DNA from: a virus
IMG/VR virus record: IMGVR_UViG_3300037041_000399
Span: 1-64,000 of that record
Reading direction: 5' to 3' (one strand)
Length of the DNA: 64,000 nt
Shown piece after piece: positions 46,801 through 54,423 of this stretch. The notes under the pieces were generated by a model. It did not search any database and was not told where the DNA came from. It saw only the letters and a list, made by a program, of their open reading frames with translations. Within the stretch, counting starts at the first letter, position 1. Each line of letters opens with the position of its first letter. The position numbers and the translations under genes are program-made.

Positions 46801-48397
46801 TTCTGGTAATATTGACTTGATTTGTACTTTTACCTTTACAGGTATTACGGACCCTGTAAATAACAATGTTATTGAGGGTTTTTGTGTAGGTATTCTTGAA
46901 AGGAAAGATCAAGGCGCTCTCACAACACCAACACCAAGTGCTTTGTTAAAGGATCCTTTATCTGTATTTGTAGCTACTAGTAAAGATGTTACAACATATA
47001 ATGCTATTTTTAAGAATGTTAATCCAACCTTATTTAGAACAGCGGTAGTATTACCATATCGTACAGTAATAAGAAGTGCTTATGATGTATATCCTCAAAA
47101 CTTTACATCTGTTGCGGTCAAGGGCACTAAAACTTTGTATAATAAACTATACTTTGTAATGCCTGTTGCTGTAACAAGAAGTCATGTGAATAGTAGTTTG
47201 TATCAAGCTAAGACAGTTGCTTTAATGACAGGTAGTGTAGCTACCGCAAATGGTACATTTAATATTGTAAATGCTATTGGTGATTTCAGTTTGCTTAATA
47301 CTGAAAATATGGCTAAGACAGCAGCTTTGACAGGGGTTACGTTTGGTGCTACTCCAATTACATTTGAAGGTAATTTAGAAAATGTAGATGTAATTGTTAC
47401 ATGGGCGTATGCAGGTCTTGAAGCTGATATTGACGGCTTTGTAATAGACTATCAATCTTCTGCAAAAAGTAATATTAGTAAACCAGCTATTGGCAAGGTA
47501 GCTAATAATGGTTATTATAGTGTTGCGCCTTCTTTGCGTAGCTTTAGATTACCAAATCAAAATCTTAAGAACTATTTTAACTTTTGTGTAATACCTTACC
47601 ATGTAATTTCAGAACCTACTTATCAAAGTAATTATAAAGTGGTTGGTACGAAAGATCGTATTTGTACTATTAATAATACACGTATGGTATTTGATAACAG
47701 TTACGGATTAGCTTCAGCCACTGCACAACAGTATAGTAGAAGAGATACACAAAATGCATCTGCACCTGGTACTCCTGTGATAGGTGATTATTGGTTAAAT
47801 ACAAATAGTGTAACTGTTTCTGGTATTGATTCTTTTGTAACTGCTAAATTTAATGGTACCAATTGGGAGCCTTTAACAACAGCTGAATTGGCTGCTAAAA
47901 AGATTACTCAGACCTATAGCGGCATAACAGAGCCCGCTAATCATGCAGGTTTCTATTGGAAAAATGCATCATTACTTGATGTATCTGGTGTTAAAGCTGG
48001 TGATACTGTCAGCTTTGATGAGACATTAGGTATTTGGGTTTCGGCTACAGTTAAGGAAACTCTAACAATTGGCCTTGATTCTGCTAAGACTCAATATGTA
48101 TTGGAAGGTAATTTGTATCTAACATCTGATCTAGTCAATGGCGGCTATAAGCTGTACTTGGCTAAGAATGGAAATTGGGTACCTTTCAAAATATTTGACA
48201 CTGCTGGTGTGAGTACTAGTGCTCCTAGTAAAAATGCGGCAACAATATATCATTTGAAACTAGCAAAAGCTATGACAACTAAATCTCAAAATCTTCCTAC
48301 ATACTACTATCGAGCGGCTACAACAGATCCTTGGTTAACTGCTAATATATATGATAAGAAATTAATTAAATCAACGACAATTCCAACTAGAGTATAA
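40895..48397 (+). CDS. Central tail tip/host-specificity protein (J-like), about 2500 aa
   Basis: LPVVYGRARV, YSNNPAWCLIDYLTNEIYGKG, FECN..LDT, GKYKL, LEPGDV; repeated C-terminal modules. Confidence 0.85.
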   Translation: MTDPFSIIMAIVSIAMTIYQIIAAPKPKPPPQNMPQTTGIDVTADGVPAYLPVVYGRARVNGIRACTDLSAGYVYNNTPEGFKRFNPTATSALTARLTESNTGLKQAVMETQIALAHGPIHDVVDILIEDFGPDNPNFAYRNDNTAHKNITLRNKLPTATWQIDVCKAGGVAHPNGASTNTFKDIAYAHCTLVLDPVEPQFNGMPDISFLVEGIKVQKWKLVDNIPVVDGAKQYSNNPAWCLIDYLTNEIYGKGVTIDEIDLHSFIKVANLCETVFPTQYKIGGQINAGVPALQTRKMFECNIALDTGRPMRENIDSLLSTMNGGMLTWSAGKYKLSAIHPTTKDDLIELTKVNGQVNSINQLTDDDLILDQDLEIAWPDAGTRLNQVTIHFKNEARNFKDDAITWPVLYKDAESNVSSTSQKVPGHKSTYQWLKVSNDGKLNWSKWAFPTYFEQFGVNNRGPVDHGTDVYHVLVQKNSGGNYFLDAVCTARINRIKIVRMYPENPGTAETVMINSTQAAAPKFSGNYATRFNTNGDKFYYNTLHSGVVTIGYYGGDWWCGITRVMTDTTTQAVLTIDPGEKYYLRIEIEYTNTPCYAESHKGTGPENRDAVYLDYNPADGVVYGLQLIDYAAGEKVLWQTGQDYYESFDIATTNQTNTLIKANQLHEELKAIDGDLLLEKDFTIPGISTIYHAWFRGEEVVRASRFGFKLSLKYLVRNMYLEPGDVFTLNSDTLELLPYKGNWTAGSSYSKGNIVYYNNNYYIRISGFDVVSATVPSADISWDTTVYPLPFRVTASSLNEENICSISADFITKDFFVSDVDLPDFKHDLESPIYRLTDTTIKYFVFESARNSTIGSPGTLRVSSNSRLVTTYTYQACYDYELDSGKEPTFITLAETGAVYYEVPPTTATTAIFRVIPKDFENNTLVPAYSILEGVHTLSHFGNALVLAADDNTIMYTDDKPAKATTMLHAILDEPAPTRVYTWTVDNIVQNWTGAEHALTLPNPKADKKEIVISVKVTDSVDTFYKYADTITISFVSNADSLPLFRLKDTLLLLKKESFADNLPINIPIEYKVKGIDTALPTYTIAATGCTVSATSTGVSITAIDATASVNEFSVTSPLTVSSCKIILYSATATVVTTALDSARQYVNYKLDNTLSTANDTITFTAKVIGGNVLDYTYAFYIDAETTARQNSISNVYTYTPPASFTAMPQLLKVFVRQNGVDVAADYVSISGHQASSTVADIHLYNPLHILPINNDGTVSMTGSGTKLDVYLGTNTLNFVSTLTGASNGSYTVTASQEGLSGSSSIVVVADGLQSCKTSDYATILTTSLSANISFTVTVKDFNGVVFTYPVISQKLLKQTSVELSTEAQDLLDTLAFSHSTVATDIPIPTFSSDSFTYNADTNADGKVDGSINWVFNSVAYPAIDGFVVCYVSNSTAAQANLTVEDILKSTTRQIVKSNVRSISYQNLGTTKYQCAFVFAYRKVVKSVYDAYAKTKVITSAGDLWIVSSIARSHADGLLDKYIDRLVINADFKDSQGNLIVMSDVAANIADFNVNNNTSVAYFNPITFNSITYDNTKVNSGNIDFLVSFEVLGNDALKPLSDIDAFAVLEKTTLNNTVAWPAVTAAALLKDLNTVHVPGDSPAIQVGDYFRYNVPFDEAKANVFRNVYVCAYREISKKTYDSVSFNQGGHSKVKIGTRYYFAGPVVAAMTPTTYSQYTDILTIKANLKLPDGTVVSTADVYENLQDFNDSNNTSIAAIVEPLFSTDKITYDNTQCNSGNINYVLKFTHVNAINTATDSIDGFAILEKTVATVANINNVSAGVIFKDPATKFISATSTADLTPETSLTRTYYVEMTNSPGLAYRTVFVVAYRVVSATKAKLSTGTVIRYNGKNHICSDVARSNPSVNLDYYNGPLYSKITLLTSTGVSISTNSIYENVYDFNKSSTGTDNIEVNPSNVLLDYDINMVYPSGNIDLICTFTFTGITDPVNNNVIEGFCVGILERKDQGALTTPTPSALLKDPLSVFVATSKDVTTYNAIFKNVNPTLFRTAVVLPYRTVIRSAYDVYPQNFTSVAVKGTKTLYNKLYFVMPVAVTRSHVNSSLYQAKTVALMTGSVATANGTFNIVNAIGDFSLLNTENMAKTAALTGVTFGATPITFEGNLENVDVIVTWAYAGLEADIDGFVIDYQSSAKSNISKPAIGKVANNGYYSVAPSLRSFRLPNQNLKNYFNFCVIPYHVISEPTYQSNYKVVGTKDRICTINNTRMVFDNSYGLASATAQQYSRRDTQNASAPGTPVIGDYWLNTNSVTVSGIDSFVTAKFNGTNWEPLTTAELAAKKITQTYSGITEPANHAGFYWKNASLLDVSGVKAGDTVSFDETLGIWVSATVKETLTIGLDSAKTQYVLEGNLYLTSDLVNGGYKLYLAKNGNWVPFKIFDTAGVSTSAPSKNAATIYHLKLAKAMTTKSQNLPTYYYRAATTDPWLTANIYDKKLIKSTTIPTRV

Positions 48398-48399
48398 TT

Positions 48400-51102
48400 A
48401 TGTCAACTGACTATATAATGGTCGGAGATTCGTGGGTAAATACAAGTTCCAGTTCAATTACGGATGCTGTAACCTCGCAGGTAATTCCTGCGGGGGCTAC
48501 GGCTACGTGGACTGGTGATACTTGGATTATATCTGACAAACCTACGGCTTCAGGCTCAACAGCTCCTGCTAATCCCACAGAGGGGCAACAATGGATAGAT
48601 ACCTCAACTACGCCAGCAGTATTAAAGGTCTATCATCAATATTTGAATCCACAGTGGGTTTCAATATCCACATTTGTAACACAAGGTACTGATATTGGGG
48701 TAGCAAATGGTGCTACAAGGAACATGAATCAAGGGACATATGATTCAACAAAAACGTATATATTAGGTGATATTGTAACACTTGTTGGGAATAGTTGGAC
48801 ATGTTCTGTAGCAACTAGTGGTAATGCACCTCCTACAGATAGTACAACAGTATCAAATACTTGGTGGAAATTATTAGCAGCAAAGGGTACTGATGGTGCT
48901 TCAGTTACGATAGCTGATTTGTTATCAGAATCAGATGTAGTACCTGCAGATGCTGAGGGTAAAAATTATACACTTCCAACCGGTAATAAGTTACGGCTAT
49001 ATATTGGAGCTACCATTCAAACAGCTAATGTTACATACTCTGTTAGTAGTGCTCAATCAGGGTTAATAGCTGTCATCGATCCGACAGGTTCAATCAGCTT
49101 TAGTGGAACTTGGACAAGTGATTTAGCACAATTTACGTTTACTGCTACTTACTTCTCAGTGCAATATACGGCAGGTTATACAATAGCTAAAGCAAAGAAA
49201 GGCACTAATACTGTACTAGTGGATATCAAATCAGATGCTGACGTTATACCTGCAAAAACTGACGGTACTGGATTTACGCTACCAACTGGTAATGCCATTG
49301 TGGTTTATGATGGTGGAACATTAGTTACTAATCCTGTTAGCGGAACTGCTGTTATTTCATATAGTGTTGCAGCAACCCCATTAAACAGGCTTGGTCTAGC
49401 TATTGATAACTTTGGTAATATAACTTTAAATCAAAGTACAGGCGCATGGAACAGTGACGGCGAGTCTTTTACAATCAATACTACTTATAAGGGGATTACA
49501 TATACTAATATTTACACAATTGCTAAGGCTAAAGCGGGGGCTCAGGGCATTTCTACTTATCTAGCTTCTGTGTATTATAACGGTACGCCCTCAGGCGCTC
49601 CTACAGGTGGTTCATATAATTTTAGTAGTAATGTATTTACTGGTCCAACAACTGCTGGCTGGCAGAAAACTCCATTTGCTGCTACCACAACAGGGCAATA
49701 TGTATCAACACAGATATTCACATCTAATAATGGTGGGGTGTCTATATCATGGTCAACTCCTGTATTGTACAATAAGAATGGTATTGATGGTAATCCAGGT
49801 GGTCCAGGGACTCCGGGTACTTCATTTTATAGCGCTACTGTGTATTTGCAGTCACTAAGCACGCCTAGTGCGCCTACTGGTGGTTCTTATACATTTGGTG
49901 GTACATTGACAGCGCCAAGCGGTTGGTCTAAGACACAGCCTGCTACTACTACAACACCTACATGGAGTTGCGAGTATACGTTTAGTACGACAACAGCTGG
50001 TGCTACTGTAAACGGTGGTACATGGCAAAATGTTAAAATATGTGCTCAAAATGGTACTAATGGTGTTAGTATTAAAGGTGATCAAGGCAAATCAGCTACA
50101 CGCGCGTTCACTTTAAGTACAGTTGGTACTCCAGCTACTATTACAAATTACACAACAGATGGCGTAACAAGTCTACCTGCATCTACAGCTAATAGTTGGT
50201 CTAGTATAACTCTGTCTCCTAGTAATAACCAAGCGCAGTGGCAATCAGATGGCATAATAGACTATGTGACACAAAAAATTACATGGGGCGCACCTTACCT
50301 TACCGTATTTAAAGTTGATACATTATCTGCGTTTACGACTAATACCGGTGAATTAAATGTTACCGGAAATATTAATATGACATCTAATAGTATGGCTATT
50401 AGATCAGGTACTGCAGTCACATTTGGCAGTGCTGGCTATTATATGGGGTTAAATGCTAGTGGTAAAGCTTTGTTATCTATAATGGCTGATGCTAGTAATG
50501 GTATTAAATACGATGGGTCAACTAACACTATTTCATTACTAGGTAAAATAATTACTAGTGGAAATCTTGCTACTAACTCTGTATTAAATGACGCAATAAA
50601 AGCAGGAGAAGTAAGCACAGCTTCTGTAGCTACTAACGCTATTACAAACTATTGGTATAAGCTTCGACAAACAACAGATAATACTGGCTATCCTTATGCT
50701 GTACCAACAGCTGGTGCAATTACTTCAGATTCTTTTGACGAATTCACAGTAACCGCTGCAGGCGTATTAGAGATAACTATAATTAGTGTTGTGCAAAATA
50801 AATCAACATCTACTGCATATCGAATAGAAGGATGGACGTCTATCTCAAAGAATGGAACTTTTAAAGATACGCTTAGAGATACTAGATTTGAGGCATTGGA
50901 TGCTGGGGTTGCTAGTAATAACTTCCAAGCGGGTAACTCAGGCGGCACTTCAGGTTCAATGCGTAGTTTTGTAATAATGCAACAAATTGAAGTAGCAGCT
51001 AATGATAAGATTATTGTAAAAGTTTCGCACAGACCACATGCAAGTCAAAGTGTGTTGTTTGTAAAATCAAACAGTTATTCAGCTGTATTATATAAGAGAT
51101 AA
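48400..51102 (+). CDS. Tail fibre protein
   Basis: Thr/Ser/Gly-rich, internal duplications, short collagen-like G-x-x runs; followed by a fibre chaperone. Confidence 0.75.
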   Translation: MSTDYIMVGDSWVNTSSSSITDAVTSQVIPAGATATWTGDTWIISDKPTASGSTAPANPTEGQQWIDTSTTPAVLKVYHQYLNPQWVSISTFVTQGTDIGVANGATRNMNQGTYDSTKTYILGDIVTLVGNSWTCSVATSGNAPPTDSTTVSNTWWKLLAAKGTDGASVTIADLLSESDVVPADAEGKNYTLPTGNKLRLYIGATIQTANVTYSVSSAQSGLIAVIDPTGSISFSGTWTSDLAQFTFTATYFSVQYTAGYTIAKAKKGTNTVLVDIKSDADVIPAKTDGTGFTLPTGNAIVVYDGGTLVTNPVSGTAVISYSVAATPLNRLGLAIDNFGNITLNQSTGAWNSDGESFTINTTYKGITYTNIYTIAKAKAGAQGISTYLASVYYNGTPSGAPTGGSYNFSSNVFTGPTTAGWQKTPFAATTTGQYVSTQIFTSNNGGVSISWSTPVLYNKNGIDGNPGGPGTPGTSFYSATVYLQSLSTPSAPTGGSYTFGGTLTAPSGWSKTQPATTTTPTWSCEYTFSTTTAGATVNGGTWQNVKICAQNGTNGVSIKGDQGKSATRAFTLSTVGTPATITNYTTDGVTSLPASTANSWSSITLSPSNNQAQWQSDGIIDYVTQKITWGAPYLTVFKVDTLSAFTTNTGELNVTGNINMTSNSMAIRSGTAVTFGSAGYYMGLNASGKALLSIMADASNGIKYDGSTNTISLLGKIITSGNLATNSVLNDAIKAGEVSTASVATNAITNYWYKLRQTTDNTGYPYAVPTAGAITSDSFDEFTVTAAGVLEITIISVVQNKSTSTAYRIEGWTSISKNGTFKDTLRDTRFEALDAGVASNNFQAGNSGGTSGSMRSFVIMQQIEVAANDKIIVKVSHRPHASQSVLFVKSNSYSAVLYKR

Positions 51103-51105
51103 AAT

Positions 51106-51558
51106 ATGTACTATTTATTAATATTTGACAAGAATACAAAACTTTCAACAGGATCTGCCATTGTATCCGAATTGGAGAAAACTCCTGACTATATTCAAGT
51201 AGAACTTTCTGAGGATGAATTTTATAACCTTAAGAATAACTCTAATACGTTAAAGTATGAAAATGGGGAGATTAAAAAATATCTGCCAAGACCTTCGTTT
51301 GCGCACTACTGGGATAATAATCTCAATGAATGGTTATTAGACACTGCTCTCGAATTTAGTTTAAAATCTGATGAAGTAAGAGATTTACGTCTAGCTAAGT
51401 TAAACGAGTTAGATAAATTTACACAGAACCCCCTTCGTTGGATGAGCTTGTCAGATGAGCTTAAGAATCAGTTAGCGGTTTATAGGCAAGCTTTATTAGA
51501 CGTACCTCAACAAGAAGGTTTCCCATTAACTATAACTTGGCCGGAGAGTCCAGTATGA
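51106..51558 (+). CDS. Tail fibre assembly chaperone
   Basis: PRPSFAHYWD..W..VR..R...L..; YRQALLDVPQQEGFP..I.WP. Confidence 0.8.
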   Translation: MYYLLIFDKNTKLSTGSAIVSELEKTPDYIQVELSEDEFYNLKNNSNTLKYENGEIKKYLPRPSFAHYWDNNLNEWLLDTALEFSLKSDEVRDLRLAKLNELDKFTQNPLRWMSLSDELKNQLAVYRQALLDVPQQEGFPLTITWPESPV

Positions 51559-51737
51559 GTTATTTATTTGCACGATTAAAAGAGCCATCTACATGGTTTG
51601 GTATTATCTCATCTACTCTAGCATCATTAAGTGCTTTTAAAGTGGTAGAATTGTCACCAGAACAAATGGACGGTATATTAGCATTGTCTGTTGCCATCTT
51701 AGGTGGCGGACATGTAACTTCAAAGGATCCTGAATAA
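51555..51737 (+). CDS. Putative holin
   Basis: 60 aa, RLKEPSTW.G start, two hydrophobic segments, charged C-terminus. Confidence 0.6.
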   Translation: MSYLFARLKEPSTWFGIISSTLASLSAFKVVELSPEQMDGILALSVAILGGGHVTSKDPE

Positions 51738-51745
51738 AGGAGATT

Positions 51746-51770
51746 GCCCTGACTTCGGTTGGGGCTTTTT
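51746..51770 (+). terminator. Intrinsic terminator
   Basis: GCCCTGAC-TTCG-GTTGGGGC followed by TTTTT. Confidence 0.75.
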
Positions 51771-51773
51771 AAT

Positions 51774-52292
51774 ATGAAATTTAGAAAATCAAACATAAAA
51801 GAATTAAATAAATATTATGATGTAGCAATTGAGTGCTCATTATCAAGTAGAGTACCTGAATTTACATTAGACAAAGATTATGTACTTAAGGTGATATCAG
51901 ATCTAATGCATGGAGAATACTTTAGAGTAATAGAATACAAAGATGAAGTTGTTGGCTGGATGGCGGCTAATAAGAATAATGTACAGTTATATAATACCAG
52001 AGATGTATTATCAGTCACTAGTTATCAATGTATACTCAAAGGTCGTAAGGCAATTGAGGCACTAATAGATATTCATGAGGATCTATATGATTTTGCTATA
52101 TCTAGAAAGTATGAGCTAGTTGTAACCAATTCAGTACTTAATTCAAGGAATACATTTAATCGAATACTTACGCAAGAAGGCTGGCTGGATCGCAACAGCG
52201 TGTTACTGCGAAAAACCCCCCATTATTTGGCCAGTAGCGGGGGCAGACGTGCCGTTCGGCCTCAGACCATTACGGAAGCCATGGGGCGGTGA
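51774..52292 (+). CDS. GNAT-fold-like protein
   Basis: MKFRKS..(FRVIEYKDEVVGWM)..FNRIL..EGW pattern; weak. Confidence 0.45.
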   Translation: MKFRKSNIKELNKYYDVAIECSLSSRVPEFTLDKDYVLKVISDLMHGEYFRVIEYKDEVVGWMAANKNNVQLYNTRDVLSVTSYQCILKGRKAIEALIDIHEDLYDFAISRKYELVVTNSVLNSRNTFNRILTQEGWLDRNSVLLRKTPHYLASSGGRRAVRPQTITEAMGR

Positions 52293-52455
52293 AAACGGGG
52301 TAGAGAGGGGCAGATTTGCAAACTGGTCGCCTGTGGCACGCGGGGCGTGGGGCATGGCTGAGGGATCGGGGCGGCAGTTGCGGGGCAAGACGGGTGGTTT
52401 CTGGTTGCAGAATGGGTAGTTCTGTGGCTGGTTATCGCCCGTTTTTTACGCACCA
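52210..52455. other. GC/G-rich island at the late-to-early junction
   Basis: Abrupt GC rise in an AT-rich genome; seven GGGGC elements on the + strand. Confidence 0.7.
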
Positions 52456-52459
52456 CAAA

Positions 52460-52475
52460 CCCGTTAAATTAACCC
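52460..52475 (+). promoter_or_regulatory. Class I motif, copy 5
   Basis: Exact 16-mer at the start of the early-gene block. Confidence 0.75.
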
Positions 52476-52510
52476 TTCTCCGTTCCCCCTATATTATTAA
52501 TTCTAATAAT

Positions 52511-52545
52511 GCGGAAATAATAGTATCTTATATGAAGTACTATAA
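52511..52545 (+). promoter_or_regulatory. Class II motif, copy 1 (putative early promoter)
   Basis: GCGGAAA-TAATA-GTATCTTATATGAAGTAC-TATAA, 20 nt before an ATG. Confidence 0.65.
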
Positions 52546-52564
52546 TAACCTTTGGAGATACATT

Positions 52565-52960
52565 ATGTTAAGATTAATTGCTACAAAAGATCGTAAAACA
52601 ATTGCTGTTGTTTATGGTAACATCGTTGCAGATATGGCTGAGTTTTTACCTGTGTGGCGGTCACACAAGTGGTTTAACATTTATACAAACTTGGAATACA
52701 AGTCTTTAGAGGAATTCCTTTGGAAATCTCTAGAGGAGAATGATTCGTTGTTTCAATATAGACCTTGGGATGATCATTACTATGTGCCAACTACAATGAC
52801 TATTAGACACAACGGGCATGAGGCTTATAGCAGATTTATGCAGAATATTGATTGTACTTATACTTTGTATACTGTGTATGAAGACTTGACGGGCGTCGTT
52901 GCTAACTTTAAAGATAAGAAAGCTATTAAGAAATGGCTTAAAGAACAGGGGATTAAATAA
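52565..52960 (+). CDS. Early hypothetical protein
   Basis: ATG at 52565 after TTTGGAG; the upstream extension in the ORF track is unlikely. Confidence 0.6.
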   Translation: MLRLIATKDRKTIAVVYGNIVADMAEFLPVWRSHKWFNIYTNLEYKSLEEFLWKSLEENDSLFQYRPWDDHYYVPTTMTIRHNGHEAYSRFMQNIDCTYTLYTVYEDLTGVVANFKDKKAIKKWLKEQGIK

Positions 52961-53166
52961 TGAAATATGAAGTAGTTATACTCAATCAGAATGCTGATCT
53001 TTATACCAAGACAAGCTTATTAGACGCTTACTTAAACTTTGAAAAGTACACAAGTAAGATTGTAATTGCGGTAGACAAAGAAACAGGTGCTTTTAAACAT
53101 GTTGCTAATGTACAGCAATTAAGAGAAGTATCTGCAAGATTATTTTATATGGGAGAGTTCAAATGA
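52960..53166 (+). CDS. Early hypothetical protein
   Basis: 68 aa, TAATG coupling. Confidence 0.6.
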   Translation: MKYEVVILNQNADLYTKTSLLDAYLNFEKYTSKIVIAVDKETGAFKHVANVQQLREVSARLFYMGEFK

Positions 53167-53462
53167 GTACTGTAATGTTTATGATCGATGCAGTTTTAGA
53201 TATACGCGTTAGAACACACAGTGTGTTTGATTATGTTCTTTTTGAAGCTGAGTGCTACGATGAATGTATTACACTCCTGGACAGTGCTGATGCACGTCTT
53301 AGGGTTGGTGACAACTATTCATACAGCTGGAATCACGTTCACTGGGACGGACAAAGGCTGGAATCTTTTATAACTTTGTTAGATCTTATTGAGCATGACA
53401 AGTACAAACTTAACGTCCTAACAGAAGGACATCTATTTCAGCAAGGGGTATTAGTATTATGA
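53163..53462 (+). CDS. Early hypothetical protein
   Basis: 99 aa, ATGA coupling, GGAG RBS. Confidence 0.6.
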   Translation: MSTVMFMIDAVLDIRVRTHSVFDYVLFEAECYDECITLLDSADARLRVGDNYSYSWNHVHWDGQRLESFITLLDLIEHDKYKLNVLTEGHLFQQGVLVL

Positions 53463-53617
53463 GTGAATGGTATAGCTTTATTGAAGCAATGTTAACAATT
53501 GGTTTTTATTGTGTTTATGTGTTTTACAATGTGTTTGCAGAGCATTGCGAAGGACAGCGTAAGTATCGTAAAGTGCGTAGCTGGAATCGTTCAGCTATGC
53601 AAAAAGATTATAAATAA
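53459..53617 (+). CDS. Small early protein (not in ORF track)
   Basis: ATGA coupling; MSEWYSFIEAMLTIGFYCVYVFYNVFAEHCEGQRKYRKVRSWNRSAMQKDYK. Confidence 0.5.
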   Translation: MSEWYSFIEAMLTIGFYCVYVFYNVFAEHCEGQRKYRKVRSWNRSAMQKDYK

Positions 53618-53621
53618 AAAC

Positions 53622-53656
53622 GCGGAAAATGGGGTATCTTATATGAAGTACAATAA
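53622..53656 (+). promoter_or_regulatory. Class II motif, copy 2
   Basis: GCGGAAA-ATGGG-GTATCTTATATGAAGTAC-AATAA, intergenic. Confidence 0.65.
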
Positions 53657-53691
53657 GGTACCTCAATCAATTAATTATTTGGAGTATTATC

Positions 53692-54126
53692 ATGAACCTA
53701 TTGAACACAACAACAGCAACTACAGTAAACAACGTTAGTATCCGTTTCGCAGACAATGGCACACGTATTGAAATGCGTGGTGAGTTTGCAGCCATCCGCG
53801 AAGTAATCGCAAGCAACCCAGGAGTATGCATCGACATGGACATGTATCAAGAAGGCCTCGACGAAGTAGTCGGAGGTATCTTCAATCGTGATGCACAACG
53901 CATCATCCTTGAGTTGACCTCAATGGGTGTTGAGCTTGAGAGAGACGGCTACAACACTTTCCGTGAAACAGGCCTAATGAATAACGGCTTTGTTCGCATT
54001 CGTGTATCAGAAGTAAATCTTCAGTTGCTAGCTGGAGAATCAATAGCTCGCCAAACAGCTGTAGCGGATGCAATCGGCGCATCAGTTACAGGCTCAATGC
54101 GTGGCTATGTAGTCTCAATGTGGTAA
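53692..54126 (+). CDS. Early hypothetical protein
   Basis: 144 aa, TTTGGAG RBS. Confidence 0.65.
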   Translation: MNLLNTTTATTVNNVSIRFADNGTRIEMRGEFAAIREVIASNPGVCIDMDMYQEGLDEVVGGIFNRDAQRIILELTSMGVELERDGYNTFRETGLMNNGFVRIRVSEVNLQLLAGESIARQTAVADAIGASVTGSMRGYVVSMW

Positions 54127-54169
54127 ATGTATAAGATAGTGCCAACAACTAACTTTAAAGGTGAACAAC

Positions 54170-54316
54170 ATGAATCCAGTACAAGCAGCACAAGCAGCAG
54201 TAGACGCGAAATTATTAGCAATGAAGATCGAACATGATGCAAGAATTAAAGCATTAGATGAAGATAAAGAATTCGCTAAAATGCTAGCAGAAATGCAAGC
54301 TAAGCTTAAATGCTAA
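54170..54316 (+). CDS. 48-aa coiled-coil early protein (not in ORF track)
   Basis: AAAGGTG RBS; MNPVQAAQAAVDAKLLAMKIEHDARIKALDEDKEFAKMLAEMQAKLKC. Confidence 0.55.
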   Translation: MNPVQAAQAAVDAKLLAMKIEHDARIKALDEDKEFAKMLAEMQAKLKC

Positions 54317-54320
54317 TAAA

Positions 54321-54348
54321 AGACCTGAGTAGGTCTCTAAACTGCTTA
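54321..54348 (+). ncRNA. Small H-type pseudoknot motif, copy 1
   Basis: AGAC-CTGAGTAG-GTCT-CTAAAC-TGCTTA; loop TGAGTA pairs with TGCTTA; same geometry at 59406. Confidence 0.55.
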
Positions 54349-54403
54349 GTGTCTAAGGGATGTGTATCCCATACTGATGATGGTTCAAAAGAACCGAAAC
54401 ACT
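54348..54403 (+). ncRNA. Type III hammerhead ribozyme
   Basis: Stem III AGTGT/ACACT; GUC cleavage triplet (after C54353); stem I TA(A)GGGAT-GTGT-ATCCC(A)TA; core CTGATGA; stem II GGTTC-AAAA-GAACC; GAAA. Confidence 0.85.
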
Positions 54404-54423
54404 TAATTATTTGGAGTATTACT

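Noticed and set aside
52541-52546. TATAAT as a host sigma70 -10 box
   Set aside because: No recognisable -35 at the right spacing, and the second class II copy lacks it; cannot be excluded but is unsupported
52316-52564. N-terminal extension of ORF 52316-52960 and small minus ORFs in the GC island
   Set aside because: They cross the G-rich island and both motif classes; a better start with RBS exists at 52565
53499-53738. 79-aa ORF in the track
   Set aside because: Runs through the class II motif; the alternative coupled ORF 53459-53617 fits better
54310-54423. N-terminal extension of ORF 54310-54600
   Set aside because: Overlaps the pseudoknot and hammerhead; the RBS-supported start is 54424
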